DNA from: Acidimicrobiia bacterium
GTDB lineage: Bacteria; Actinomycetota; Acidimicrobiia; Spongiisociales; ZC4RG35
NCBI GenBank assembly: GCA_015488325.1
Contig: WFOA01000123.1
Span: 1,226 to 65,225 of the forward strand
Reading direction: 5' to 3'
DNA length: 64,000 bases
In this document: positions 9,461 to 18,961 of the stretch, piece after piece
How positions within the stretch are numbered: position 1 is the stretch's first letter
Layout of the letters: each line of letters begins with the position of its first letter
Position numbers and translations under genes: made by a program
The notes under the pieces: model-generated
Seen by the model: only the letters and a program-made list of their open reading frames with translations
Told to the model about the DNA's origin: nothing
The model's database searches: none

Positions 9461-10618
9461 TCACGTCCTCGTGAAGGCCAGCCCGAGGACCCGGGCCCGG
9501 AACGGGATCCGGTACCGCGCCCCGGTTTCCAGGTCGGCGAAGACGAGATCGCTGCGGGGACGGAACCGGTCGGTCGACGCGGAAGCCACGAACCGGCCGT
9601 CGGGACTCCACGCCGGAACGACCCGGTCCACCCCTTCGACGGTGACCGCCACCTCCCAACCCGACCCTTCGGTGTCTCCCATCGTCCACACCTCGAGCCG
9701 GGAGTCCGCGGCGGCGCCACAGACGACGGCCACCGTTCCCGGATCGGTCGGGGAGAAGGACACGATCCCGCAGTCCCGACCCCAGGGGACCTCCATCAGC
9801 GGTGTGAGGTCGGCGGAGACCAACTGGACGGAGCCGCCCAGTTCGGCCACCCCGAAGGTGGATCCGCCGGCGAGGAAGGCGCCGTCGGCCTGGGCCGCTA
9901 CCCGCCCGGCGTCGTCGATGAAGGTGAGCCGGCGTGAGGTGGCGACCACGACACCCGCCTCCGTCCACCACACCGGATAGGCCCCCGGTGGGATCCGGGC
10001 GATCACCCGCCGCTGCGGGGATCCTCGGGTCCGGAGCTCCGCTTCGACGAGGACCGTCTCCGCGGTCGAGGTGATCTCCGACCAGATGACCCGTGCCGGA
10101 AGGCTGGAGCTCCAGGTCGCCCCGATGACGTTGGTGGCGGCCGGATCCATCCGGTCGTCGTCTCCGATCCAGAGGGCGTTGCCGATCGAGAACCTGCTCG
10201 GCGTCACCGACGACAGCCACAAACCTCCCAGGTCAGCGGCCAGTTCCCCTCCCGGGAGCGGGCGGGGGGTGGGGGCCTCCGCCGACGCCTCCCACACCCA
10301 GACCTGGCGGCCACCGAGATCGGCTGGGATGGTGATGACCACCCCGTCGACGAGACCCGGGACCATCGTGGCGAGTCGGGTGACGTCCCGGGGAACCCGG
10401 GTGGTCGTCGTCGTGAACGAGGGCGGAGCGACGACCGGCTCCTCTTCCGGCACCGTCGTCGGCAGCGTCGGGGCCCGGGCACTGCCGAACAGACCCCCCA
10501 GCACCACACCGACGACGAGGCCGACCAGAACGAGACCGGCCGCCCCACGACGGCGCCTCACGCCGCCTTCGGGTTCGTCCGGCTCTGCTCCGGCGGGGAT
10601 GATCAGAGAGTCGTTCAC
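9461..10618 (-). CDS. membrane-anchored hypothetical protein with a beta-propeller (PD40/TolB-like) region
   Basis: 385 aa with an N-terminal TM helix (AAGLVLVGLVVGVVLGGLFG), a Pro/Thr-rich linker, and a C-terminal WSPDGRFVASASTD PD40-like motif. Confidence 0.55.
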   Translation of the reverse strand: MNDSLIIPAGAEPDEPEGGVRRRRGAAGLVLVGLVVGVVLGGLFGSARAPTLPTTVPEEEPVVAPPSFTTTTTRVPRDVTRLATMVPGLVDGVVITIPADLGGRQVWVWEASAEAPTPRPLPGGELAADLGGLWLSSVTPSRFSIGNALWIGDDDRMDPAATNVIGATWSSSLPARVIWSEITSTAETVLVEAELRTRGSPQRRVIARIPPGAYPVWWTEAGVVVATSRRLTFIDDAGRVAAQADGAFLAGGSTFGVAELGGSVQLVSADLTPLMEVPWGRDCGIVSFSPTDPGTVAVVCGAAADSRLEVWTMGDTEGSGWEVAVTVEGVDRVVPAWSPDGRFVASASTDRFRPRSDLVFADLETGARYRIPFRARVLGLAFTRT

Positions 10619-10704
10619 GCCGGGCGGATTATCCCCGCCGGGTCCCGACTATGTGCCGGCGGCTCGGTGTGGTGGAATCGGAGGACAGCCGACCGGGAGG
10701 GCAG

Positions 10705-12468
10705 GTGGCCGAACCGATCCGTATCGCCAACATCGCCGGTCTCTTCGGGGACCGTCCCTCCGCCGCAAGGGAGATGCTCGAAGGCGGACCCGTCGACGTC
10801 CTCACTGGAGACTGGCTCGCCGAGCTGACCATGCTGATCTTGGCCCGGACCCGCGCCCGGCGTCCCGACGGCGGATACGGCCGCACCTTCGTCGATCAGA
10901 TGGAGGAGGTGATGGGCACCTGCCTCGCCCGGGGAGTGAAGGTCGTGGTCAACGCCGGCGGACTCGACCCCCTCGGGTGTGCTGCCGCCGTCGAAGAGGT
11001 GGCCGCCCGTCTCGGACTGTCGCCGGTGGTGGCGGCGATCACCGGGGACGACCTCACCCCCCGGCTCCGGGAGCTGGTCGACGCCGGCGTCTCGTTCGCC
11101 AACCTGGACACCGGTGAAGACATCGGCGACCGTCTCGACCAGATGGTGGTCGCCAACGCCTACCTCGGAGGGTGGGGGATCGCCGCCGCCCTCGAACGCG
11201 GAGCCGACATCGTCGTGACAGGCCGCGTCACCGACGCCGCCCTCGCCGTCGGCCCGGCGATCTGGCGGCACGGATGGAGCCGGGACGACTGGGACGCCCT
11301 CGCCGGGGCGGTGGTGGCCGGCCACGTGATCGAATGCGGCGCCCAGGCGACCGGCGGCAACTATTCGTTCTTCACCGACGTAGCCGGACTGGAATACCCG
11401 GGTTTCCCGTGGGCGGAAATCCACGAAGACGGGTCGTCGGTGATCGGAAAACACGACGGCACCGGCGGTGAAGTGTCGGTGGGCACCGTCACCAGCCAGC
11501 TCCTCTACGAGATCGGCGGCCCTCGGTACCACAATCCCGACGTCACCGCCCGTTTCGACTCGATCGAACTCACCGAGATCGCCTCCGACCGGGTCCGGAT
11601 CTCCGGGGTGAAAGGGGAGCCGCCTCCCACCGACCTGAAGGTGGCGGCGGCGATCCCCGGCGGATACCGCAACTCGGTGATGATCGGCCTCACCGGCCTC
11701 GACGCCGAAGCGAAGGCCGACCTCGTGTACCGACAGTTCTGGGAAGCGTGTCCTTGGGACCCCGACGACTACGAAGAGGTTCGCGCCACCCTGATCGGCA
11801 CCCCGGCCGCAGATCCCCGGTCCAACGCCGCGGCGATCACCTTCTTCGAGATCGCCGTCAAAGACCCCGACGAGGAGAAGGTGGGGAGGGCATGGTCGAA
11901 CGTCATGGCGCAGATCGCCCTGACGTCCATCCCCGGGCTGTTCGGACTGTGGCCGCCGGCTCCCGCCAAACCGTTCGCCCGATACTGGCCGACGACCGTC
12001 CCGCGACGCCACATCACCCAGACCGTCCATCTCGGCGACGAACGGTTCACGGTCCAGCCCACCGACCCGGGCCCTCCTCACCCTGCATCGGTGCCCCCTC
12101 CGCCGCCGACTCCGGCCGTCCCCGACGGCCCCACCGTCCGAGTCCCGCTCGGCCGGGTCGTCGGAGCCCGCTCGGGCGACAAGGGAGGCAACGCCAACCT
12201 GGGGGTGTTCGTCCGTGACCGGGCCGCCTACGGGTGGCTGGTCGCCACCCTCACCCCGGCCAGGCTCGCCGAGCTCCTCCCCGACCTGGCCGGATATCGG
12301 ATCGAACGGTTCGAGTTCCCCCGCCTGGCCGCCGTCAACTTCGTCATCCACGGTCTGTTGGACGGCGGGGTGAGCTCCACCCTCCGGGTCGACCCCCAGG
12401 CAAAGGGGCTCGGCGAGTACCTTCGTGCCCGAGAGATGGACGTCCCCCGAGCCCTGGTCGGGTCGTGA
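10705..12468 (+). CDS. AtuA-family protein (DUF1446, acyclic terpene utilisation family; function unknown)
   Basis: Starts IRIANIAGLFGDR ... DVLTGDWLAELTM, the AtuA N-terminal signature. GTG at 10705 lies 6 nt after GGGAGGG. The first in-frame ATG at 10651 is an alternative start. Confidence 0.7.
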   Translation: MAEPIRIANIAGLFGDRPSAAREMLEGGPVDVLTGDWLAELTMLILARTRARRPDGGYGRTFVDQMEEVMGTCLARGVKVVVNAGGLDPLGCAAAVEEVAARLGLSPVVAAITGDDLTPRLRELVDAGVSFANLDTGEDIGDRLDQMVVANAYLGGWGIAAALERGADIVVTGRVTDAALAVGPAIWRHGWSRDDWDALAGAVVAGHVIECGAQATGGNYSFFTDVAGLEYPGFPWAEIHEDGSSVIGKHDGTGGEVSVGTVTSQLLYEIGGPRYHNPDVTARFDSIELTEIASDRVRISGVKGEPPPTDLKVAAAIPGGYRNSVMIGLTGLDAEAKADLVYRQFWEACPWDPDDYEEVRATLIGTPAADPRSNAAAITFFEIAVKDPDEEKVGRAWSNVMAQIALTSIPGLFGLWPPAPAKPFARYWPTTVPRRHITQTVHLGDERFTVQPTDPGPPHPASVPPPPPTPAVPDGPTVRVPLGRVVGARSGDKGGNANLGVFVRDRAAYGWLVATLTPARLAELLPDLAGYRIERFEFPRLAAVNFVIHGLLDGGVSSTLRVDPQAKGLGEYLRAREMDVPRALVGS

Positions 12469-12513
12469 CGTCTCCGGTTCTGGTAGACCAGGGAGCAACG
12501 CAAAGGAGGTGAC

Positions 12514-14190
12514 TTGACCGATTCGAACTTTCTGGTGCTCGGTGGCGCCGGCATGGTGGGCTTCCAGATCGCCTACCGCATCGCCACCGAGCTGAACCCA
12601 CGCCGGGTCGTGCTGGTCGGTCTCCGGGAGACCGAGGTGGAGGAAGCGGCGGAGGCGCTGGCCGAACTCGCCCCCGGGGTCGAAATCCTCGGAGAGTGGG
12701 GGGACATCCTCGTCCGCGACGAATTCTCCCGACGTCCCCGCCGGGACCTGCTGGCAGACCCGTCCGCCCGGGAGGCGATCTTCTCGGACCTCCTCGGCCC
12801 CTTCGACCCCGCCTTCGAACGTTCCCGTCTGGCTCGACTGATCCGTGAACACCGTCCTGACGTCGTCGTCGACGCCATCAACACCGCCACCGCCATCAGC
12901 TACCAGGACGTCTACACCACCGCCGTACTGGCCAAACGTGACGTCGACGCCCTCCAGGAAGGAGAGGACGTCGCCGTCGAAGACCTGGCCGGACACGTCG
13001 AATCCCTCATCCTGTCGCTGTCGGTGCCCCAGCTCATCCGTCACGTACGTACCCTCCATCGCGCCCTCGTGGAGGTCGGCACCCGCCTCTACCTGAAGGT
13101 CGGCACGACCGGCACCGGCGGGATGGGATTGAACATCCCCTACACCCATTCGGAAGACCGACCTTCCGCGAAGCTGATGACGAAGGCGGCGGTCGGTTTC
13201 GCCCACACCGGGCTGCTGTTCCTCATGGCCCGGACGGCCGGCGGCCCCATCGTGAAGGAGGTGAAACCGGCGGCGTTGATCGGATACGCCGACATCTCCC
13301 ATCGGGTGGTCTCCGAACGGGGCGAACCGGTGGGCCGGTTCCGGGCACGGAGAGAGAACCTCGGGTCGAGCCTGAGCCTCCACCTCCCTGCCGACGAATT
13401 CACCCGGGAAGGCGACATGGCGCTGCCGGTGGTGAACACCGGCGAGAACGGGGTGTTCACCCGGGGGGAGTTCGAAGCGATCACCTCCCTCGGCCAGATG
13501 GAGTTCGTCACCCCCGAGGAGATCGCCCACCTGTGCGTCGCCGAGATCCGGGGGGCCAACACCGGCCGGGACGTCATCGCCGCCATGGACGGGGCGATCA
13601 TCGGCCCCAGCTACCGGGGTGGCATCCTCCGGGCTCGGGCCCTCGAGGAGCTGCGACGACTCGAATCAGAAACGGGGACCCATTCCGTCGCCCTCGGCCA
13701 GCTCGGCCCGCCCGAACTGTCGAAGCTGTTGTGGGAGGCGGAGCTATTGTCGGTGGTGGCCGGCACCGTCGACGGGGTCGTCGACGCCGACCCGACCAGG
13801 CTGGCGGCCGACCTGGAGGCACTCCTCCGGGACCGCTCGGACCTGGTGGACACGATCACTTCCCTGGGACTTCCGATCCTCTCCGCCGACGGCAGAGAGA
13901 TCCTCCGGGGACCGTTCATCCGGATCCCTGAAGTCCCCGGTGAACGGGAGGTCCCCGTCACCGCCGAGGACCGGGACCGTTGGGCCGAGAAAGGTTGGGT
14001 GGATCTACGGCCGTCGAACGTCGAACGGTGGCAGGGCCGCTTCACGGCCATGCGCAAGGCCCGTCTCGGCAAGGCGCAGCGGGGTTCGGCCGGTGTCACC
14101 TTGGCCTCCTACCTCCCGGAGGGGATCGAGGTCGGCACCGTGGCCGCCTGGGTGCTCGCCAACGAGCACGGCGGCTACCGGATCAAATAG
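12514..14190 (+). CDS. 558-aa Rossmann-fold NAD(P)-binding protein of unknown function
   Basis: TTG start 7 nt after AAAGGAGG. N-terminus LVLGGAGMVGFQIAYRIA is a GxGxxG dinucleotide fold. Later comes the LKVGTTGTGGMGLNIPYTHSE motif. I cannot place the family, though it loosely resembles saccharopine-dehydrogenase-like enzymes. Probably co-operonic with the AtuA-like gene. Confidence 0.6.
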   Translation: MTDSNFLVLGGAGMVGFQIAYRIATELNPRRVVLVGLRETEVEEAAEALAELAPGVEILGEWGDILVRDEFSRRPRRDLLADPSAREAIFSDLLGPFDPAFERSRLARLIREHRPDVVVDAINTATAISYQDVYTTAVLAKRDVDALQEGEDVAVEDLAGHVESLILSLSVPQLIRHVRTLHRALVEVGTRLYLKVGTTGTGGMGLNIPYTHSEDRPSAKLMTKAAVGFAHTGLLFLMARTAGGPIVKEVKPAALIGYADISHRVVSERGEPVGRFRARRENLGSSLSLHLPADEFTREGDMALPVVNTGENGVFTRGEFEAITSLGQMEFVTPEEIAHLCVAEIRGANTGRDVIAAMDGAIIGPSYRGGILRARALEELRRLESETGTHSVALGQLGPPELSKLLWEAELLSVVAGTVDGVVDADPTRLAADLEALLRDRSDLVDTITSLGLPILSADGREILRGPFIRIPEVPGEREVPVTAEDRDRWAEKGWVDLRPSNVERWQGRFTAMRKARLGKAQRGSAGVTLASYLPEGIEVGTVAAWVLANEHGGYRIK

Positions 14191-14263
14191 ACACCGCACC
14201 GTTTCCGGTGCCTGCCGGCCCTGGTCTCCCCAACCGGGCACAGACGAGACGGACCGGGGACGG

Positions 14264-14500
14264 TCACCGTCCCCGGTCCGTCGGTTCGGCTCTCCCCATC
14301 CGACGCCGCAGCGCTTCGGCGTCTCGCTCCGTCTCCTCTCGGGCGTGGCGTGAGCACAACTTTCCGATCGTCGCGATCACCGTCGCCGGACGGTCACAGC
14401 GGTCACAGGTGCCGTCGTCCGATGTCCGTCGATCCGCCATGATGTCTGCATCGACATGGACGTCCCGACGCTGGAGCAGGGTTCGGATTCTGCCCGACAT
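14264..14500 (-). CDS. small hypothetical zinc-ribbon-like protein (78 aa)
   Basis: ORF carrying GTCDRCDRPATVIATIGKLCSRH (CxxC...CxxH) with GGGAG upstream of the ATG. Moderate GC3 bias but several rare codons. Confidence 0.3.
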   Translation of the reverse strand: MSGRIRTLLQRRDVHVDADIMADRRTSDDGTCDRCDRPATVIATIGKLCSRHAREETERDAEALRRRMGRAEPTDRGR

Positions 14501-14571
14501 GACTAGCTCCCGGAGACGGTCCGGAGGGGCCGCCGACGCGGCCCCTCCGGACGCTGCGCGAGACCGTTCTG

Positions 14572-15744
14572 TCAGCGAGCCAGGCCGTAGTCGGCCAGGC
14601 AGTCGTTCGACGCCGCGGCCGCTTCCGCCGCCGCCAGGGCGGCGTCGCTCACCGCCGCCGACCCGCCCAGGGCGACGATCTGGGTGGGCTGCAGACGGCA
14701 GATCTCCCGCAGGGTGACGGTGGGAACGGTCCCCCCGAGGCTGTTCCAGAACAGGATCGGCCCGGCCATGTAGGGGTCGGACTGTCCCATCAGCCCTCCG
14801 CCGGCGAGGGCGTCGGGGAAGTTGAAGGCGTCGGCCAGGTAGACGGTGAAGGTGCCGCCAGTCCCGTATGTGAGCGGTGTGGTCGTCATCAACACGGAGG
14901 ATCCGACCGGGTAGGCACGACGGGAGATCTCCACCGCGGTGGCATAACGGTCCGAGCCGGCGGCGCGGGTGACGGCGGTTCCGGACGTCATCACCAGATT
15001 GGCGTTGTCGGCCGCCACGGTGAAGAAGTCGCCGGGGGAGGTGATCCCGAACCAGACCCGTCCCGAACCGCCGAAACAGTCGGGGTCGATGTCCACCGTG
15101 AAGGATGTGGCGGCGCTCACCGACGGCGTATAGAAGCGGTCCGGATCACCCGACGTGGCTCCGGTCCGCCCCGCGCACGCCAAGGTGTCTCCGTCGGGTC
15201 GGCCCCAGGTGATCCCGAAGAACGAGAAGCTGTCGTTGAAGTAGGTTGCGGCGTCGGGTTCGTAGGTGGTCCCGTACTCCACTTGGTGGGTCAGCACGGC
15301 GTAGTGGGTCGTCCACGCAGTGACGTCCTCGGCCGTCGTCGACGACGGCGTCGCCCTGGTGGCGAAGTTGAACGCCCAACCGGTCTCGTCCCGGAGGTCG
15401 TAGGCGGAGCACAGGTTCACGGTGAACCGCCAATTCCCGTCGTCTTGGAGTTCGATGACGACGTCGTCGATGTCGGCTTGGCCGACGGCGCCGTCACCGC
15501 AGCCGTCGGTGATGGTGGCGAGGGTGGAGACCACGCTGGCCATCGGCTGAAACCCGCCGTCTGCTCCGCCGGTGGTGGGCCCGTTCCAGTCGGGATCCTC
15601 GCCGGGCTGCTTCCATTCGACTTCGGCGTGGGCTGCGACCAGTTCGTCACCGGACGGCTGGTCGCCGGCACCGAAGGCCACCACGGCACCGGCGGCGAAC
15701 ACCAACGCCAGGGCGGCTATGAGCGCGATGAGCCGTGAACGCAC
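14572..15744 (-). CDS. secreted protein with a C-terminal CW_binding_2-type cell-wall-binding repeat
   Basis: Signal peptide MRSRLIALIAALALVFAAGAVVAFGAG. The C-terminus reads GSDRYATAVEISRRAYP ... NFPDALAGG ... IVALGG, matching the putative cell-wall-binding repeat 2 pattern. Confidence 0.6.
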   Translation of the reverse strand: MRSRLIALIAALALVFAAGAVVAFGAGDQPSGDELVAAHAEVEWKQPGEDPDWNGPTTGGADGGFQPMASVVSTLATITDGCGDGAVGQADIDDVVIELQDDGNWRFTVNLCSAYDLRDETGWAFNFATRATPSSTTAEDVTAWTTHYAVLTHQVEYGTTYEPDAATYFNDSFSFFGITWGRPDGDTLACAGRTGATSGDPDRFYTPSVSAATSFTVDIDPDCFGGSGRVWFGITSPGDFFTVAADNANLVMTSGTAVTRAAGSDRYATAVEISRRAYPVGSSVLMTTTPLTYGTGGTFTVYLADAFNFPDALAGGGLMGQSDPYMAGPILFWNSLGGTVPTVTLREICRLQPTQIVALGGSAAVSDAALAAAEAAAASNDCLADYGLAR

Positions 15745-16042
15745 GACAGACTCCTCCTTTGGGATTCACAGGACCTACAGTCTATCCGGAAGAGCCGACA
15801 GGGTGACGGAATGTTCGGCGGCGGTGGCTGTGCCCTCTCCCCGTCACACGTCCCGTCACCGCACCCGAGGCGGTACCCGAACACCTCTGCGCCGGCGATC
15901 GGGAAACGCCGTCGGCGGAGACCGGTGGGGATCCCACGAGCCGCACCGCGAGACGAAGCGGAACGGCCGAAACGGACCACACGGACAGGAGAGCCCGACG
16001 ACCGAAGGGTCGCGACGGTGTCGGGTCGGTGGGAGAGGCGGC

Positions 16043-16117
16043 GGTGGTCAGGGGCGGGGTCGAACCGCCGACCTCCGGTTTTTCAGACCGGCGCTCTACC
16101 AACTGAGCTACCTGACC
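16043..16117 (-). tRNA. tRNA-Phe (anticodon GAA)
   Basis: Minus strand reads GGTCAGGTAGCTCAGTTGGTAGAGCGCCGGTCTGAAAAACCGGAGGTCGGCGGTTCGACCCCGCCCCTGACCACC. It forms a cloverleaf with anticodon loop CTGAAAA and a GTTCGA T-loop; CC is encoded, the terminal A is not. Confidence 0.85.
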
Positions 16118-16146
16118 GGGGCGGCCGCCGAGGACGGCGCCTCGGC

Positions 16147-16224
16147 TGGCGGGGACGACGGGATTTGAACCCGCGACCTCCGGCTTGACAGGCCGGCGTG
16201 AACTCCAGACTTCACCACGCCCCC
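16147..16224 (-). tRNA. tRNA-Asp (anticodon GTC)
   Basis: Minus strand reads GGGGGCGTGGTGAAGTCTGGAGTTCACGCCGGCCTGTCAAGCCGGAGGTCGCGGGTTCAAATCCCGTCGTCCCCGCCA. Anticodon loop CTGTCAA, GTTCAAAT T-loop, CCA encoded. Confidence 0.8.
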
Positions 16225-16369
16225 GGGAGTTGTGGCCGAGCGGCCGCCGATCTCGGCACGAGCAGTATAGGTGCCACCCACCGGCGGACAACCCCGGACA
16301 CCGGCGGAATCATCCCGTGGGCATCAGAACGCGGAATCCGCCATCGAGTGCACACGACGGGCGTCGGAT

Positions 16370-17389
16370 TCAGCCGATCCGCAGCGCCACCTTCCCCAAC
16401 TGCTCTCCGGCGTCGAGCCGCGCCAACGCCTCCGGCAAGTCGGTGAAGTCGTACACACGGTCGACGGGAGGACGCACCGCCCCCGACGCCACCAGATCCA
16501 CCACATCGGCGAACTCCCCGAAGGTGAACATGGTGGAACCGACCACCTCGAGCTGTTTGAAGAACAGCACCGGCATCGACAGCTCCACCTTCGGTCCCGA
16601 CGTCGACCCGCAGACGACGATCCGCCCACCCGGGCCCGCAGCCCGGACCGACTGGCCCCACGTCGCCGGGCCGACATTCTCGACGACGACGTCGGCGGGC
16701 CTTCCGGCTGCCGCCTTCAGCTCCTTGGCGAACTCCCCAGCCGAATCGAAGCCCGCTTCGGCGCCGTGGTCGAGCGCCCAGGCGACCTTGTCCGGACTCC
16801 GGCTGGTGACGAACACCCGGGCACCCATCGCCCGACCCAACACGACGGCGGCACTGGACACGCCACCTCCGACCCCGACGACCAACAGCACGTCGCCTGC
16901 ACCCAACCGGCCTCGGCGCAGCATCCGAAAGGCCGTCCCGGTCGCCAGCCCGAAGGATCCGGCGGTCTCCCAGTCGAGACCGGCCGGTTTGGGCGCCACG
17001 TTGCGGGCCGGGACGACCACCGCCTCCGCCAGGGTTCCGGGGCGGTGCTCGCCGAGGATGCCGTACGACCGACAGAAGACGATGTCGCCTGCCAGACAGG
17101 CGGGGCACAGCCCACAGGACAGCGACGGGTTGACGATCACCTCGTCCCCCATCGCCACCGTGGTGACACCGTCACCGACCGCGTCGACGATGCCGGCACC
17201 GTCGGCACCGGCGATATGGGGGAGACGGTCGGGGGCGGGGAGGCCCCGGGACACCCACAGGTCGAGATGGTTGAGGGCGACGACCCGCAACGCCACCCTG
17301 ACTTCGCCAGGACCGGGCTCGGGGGTCGGGACCTCGTCGAGGGAGAAGGCGTCGGGGCCGGTGGTGTCGTGCAGTTGCCAGGCTCGCAT
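16370..17389 (-). CDS. zinc-binding alcohol dehydrogenase / quinone oxidoreductase (MDR family)
   Basis: 339 aa with ... GADGAGIVDAVGDGV ... and the LLVVGVGGGVSSAAVVLGRAMGARV Rossmann segment. Confidence 0.8.
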   Translation of the reverse strand: MRAWQLHDTTGPDAFSLDEVPTPEPGPGEVRVALRVVALNHLDLWVSRGLPAPDRLPHIAGADGAGIVDAVGDGVTTVAMGDEVIVNPSLSCGLCPACLAGDIVFCRSYGILGEHRPGTLAEAVVVPARNVAPKPAGLDWETAGSFGLATGTAFRMLRRGRLGAGDVLLVVGVGGGVSSAAVVLGRAMGARVFVTSRSPDKVAWALDHGAEAGFDSAGEFAKELKAAAGRPADVVVENVGPATWGQSVRAAGPGGRIVVCGSTSGPKVELSMPVLFFKQLEVVGSTMFTFGEFADVVDLVASGAVRPPVDRVYDFTDLPEALARLDAGEQLGKVALRIG

Positions 17390-17436
17390 GACTCCGAGGG
17401 TAGAGGCTCCGACACCCCGCTAGGGTCGTCGGAGCC

Positions 17437-17847
17437 ATGGCGCACCGCACCACCATCAAGGTCCGTTTCGCCGACCTCGACCCCTACGACCACGTCAACC
17501 ACGCCCGCTACCTCACCTACTTCGAGTCCGCCCGCATCGAAGCCCTCGACGAGATCGGATTCGGGATGGACACGATGAAGGCCGCCGGCGTCCAGATCGT
17601 CCTGGTGGAACTCACCGTCCGCTACCGGCGGGCGGCCCGGCTCCACGACGAACTGGAGATCGTCACCTGGGTGGAGGAGGTCGGCAGGGCGACGAGCCGG
17701 TGGCGGCAGCGGGCATGTCTGGACAGAGAGACGGTGGCGGAAGCGGACATCTTCGCCACCTTCACCGACCTTCGTGGGCGACCCCGACGGGCCCCCGCCG
17801 GTTTCGCCGAAGCCGCCGCACGATTCGACGCCCCCGCCGGGACCTGA
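17437..17847 (+). CDS. acyl-CoA thioesterase (4HBT hot-dog)
   Basis: KVRFADLDPYDHVNHARYLTYFESARIEAL, the YbgC/4HBT signature. Confidence 0.7.
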   Translation: MAHRTTIKVRFADLDPYDHVNHARYLTYFESARIEALDEIGFGMDTMKAAGVQIVLVELTVRYRRAARLHDELEIVTWVEEVGRATSRWRQRACLDRETVAEADIFATFTDLRGRPRRAPAGFAEAAARFDAPAGT

Positions 17848-18105
17848 ACCGACCGGCCCGCTCTCGTCACGTCGCCCTCACCCGGGTCGCGTCCAGGTGC
17901 AGAAGAGAACCCGATGTCCCATCACCGACGCACCCGTCCGTAGACGGAACATCGCGCCCGCCAAAAGACCACACCCGGCGGCCGGGAAGACCTCGAGTCC
18001 GCTGCCAGCAGATACGGTCCCGCTGAGGATGCGGGGTCTTCACCGCCGAGCACGCCCCCTCCGACAGCCTGGAAGACCCCCCCTTGCCTCGCCCGGCGGC
18101 GGCGA

Positions 18106-18930
18106 TCAGCCCGGTCCCGCCGGAGCTGCGCACGGCTCCTCGCCGGGCACGAGCGGACGAGCGAGCATCGTGTATTCGGCGTCACCGCTCCGCCAGCGGG
18201 TCGCCTGGGTGGCGTCGGAGAAGAGCTCGACGAGCCGGTCTCGTTCCGCACCTTCGTAGGTGGTGCACCGCCACCCGGCGAAGACCGGTACGAGATCGTC
18301 GAAGGCCTCCGGCAGCGGCCAGTCCCGAACGTCGCCGACGGGCCGTTCGGCAGAGCCTTCGGCGGGTCCGACCCACACCTGGAGCCGCTGCCCCACATAG
18401 GGGACGGCGGCGCCCGAAGCCGCCACCCCTTCGAGCAGCGCCGCCAGCTCCTCGAACCGGGCGACCCTCGGATCCGAAGATGAGACCAGGCCGAGGGCAT
18501 ACACGGAGAACCGGTGAGGTCGGCCCTCTGCGTCGAAGAAGGTGACCACCTCGGTGGTGGCGTCGGCCACCCGAGACGACGCCTCGGTGTTGGCTTCGAA
18601 GTCGATACCGGCGAGGCCCATGGCGTCGACCACCTCCAAGATCTGTTCCATCGTCACTGCGTCGACGCGGGTCGCCTGCAGTCCGATGAGCATCGGACCC
18701 GGAAAGGCACCGGGACCAGGACCTTCGAAGATGAGGTCGCCACCCGCGGTCAACGCGTACCTGGGTGCCCGGTTGAGCAGAAACATCGCCGGGGCGAACC
18801 CACCTTCGCTTCGGACCTGCAGGACGGGGGCGTCGGGATCGTCGAACAGCCTCGAGCCGACCCCGCCACCGCAGGCGGCGGTCATCAGAGCGAACGCGGC
18901 GAGGAACGCGACGAACGTCCGCATACCCAT
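18106..18930 (-). CDS. lipoprotein, function unknown
   Basis: Signal peptide with lipobox LMTAACGG. 274 aa with no recognisable domain. Confidence 0.5.
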   Translation of the reverse strand: MGMRTFVAFLAAFALMTAACGGGVGSRLFDDPDAPVLQVRSEGGFAPAMFLLNRAPRYALTAGGDLIFEGPGPGAFPGPMLIGLQATRVDAVTMEQILEVVDAMGLAGIDFEANTEASSRVADATTEVVTFFDAEGRPHRFSVYALGLVSSSDPRVARFEELAALLEGVAASGAAVPYVGQRLQVWVGPAEGSAERPVGDVRDWPLPEAFDDLVPVFAGWRCTTYEGAERDRLVELFSDATQATRWRSGDAEYTMLARPLVPGEEPCAAPAGPG

Positions 18931-18961
18931 TCGACGTCCCCGAACCCGGGGCGGTTCCTCG

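Noticed and set aside
10615-13530. 971-aa minus-strand ORF
   Set aside because: Antisense to the AtuA-like and Rossmann genes. Composition is Gly/Arg/Asp-rich with no domain and no GC3 periodicity consistent with coding.
15744-16043. A third tRNA (for example tRNA-Glu) flanking the Asp/Phe pair
   Set aside because: I read both flanks on both strands and found no acceptor/T-loop (GGTTCGAATCC-like) pattern.
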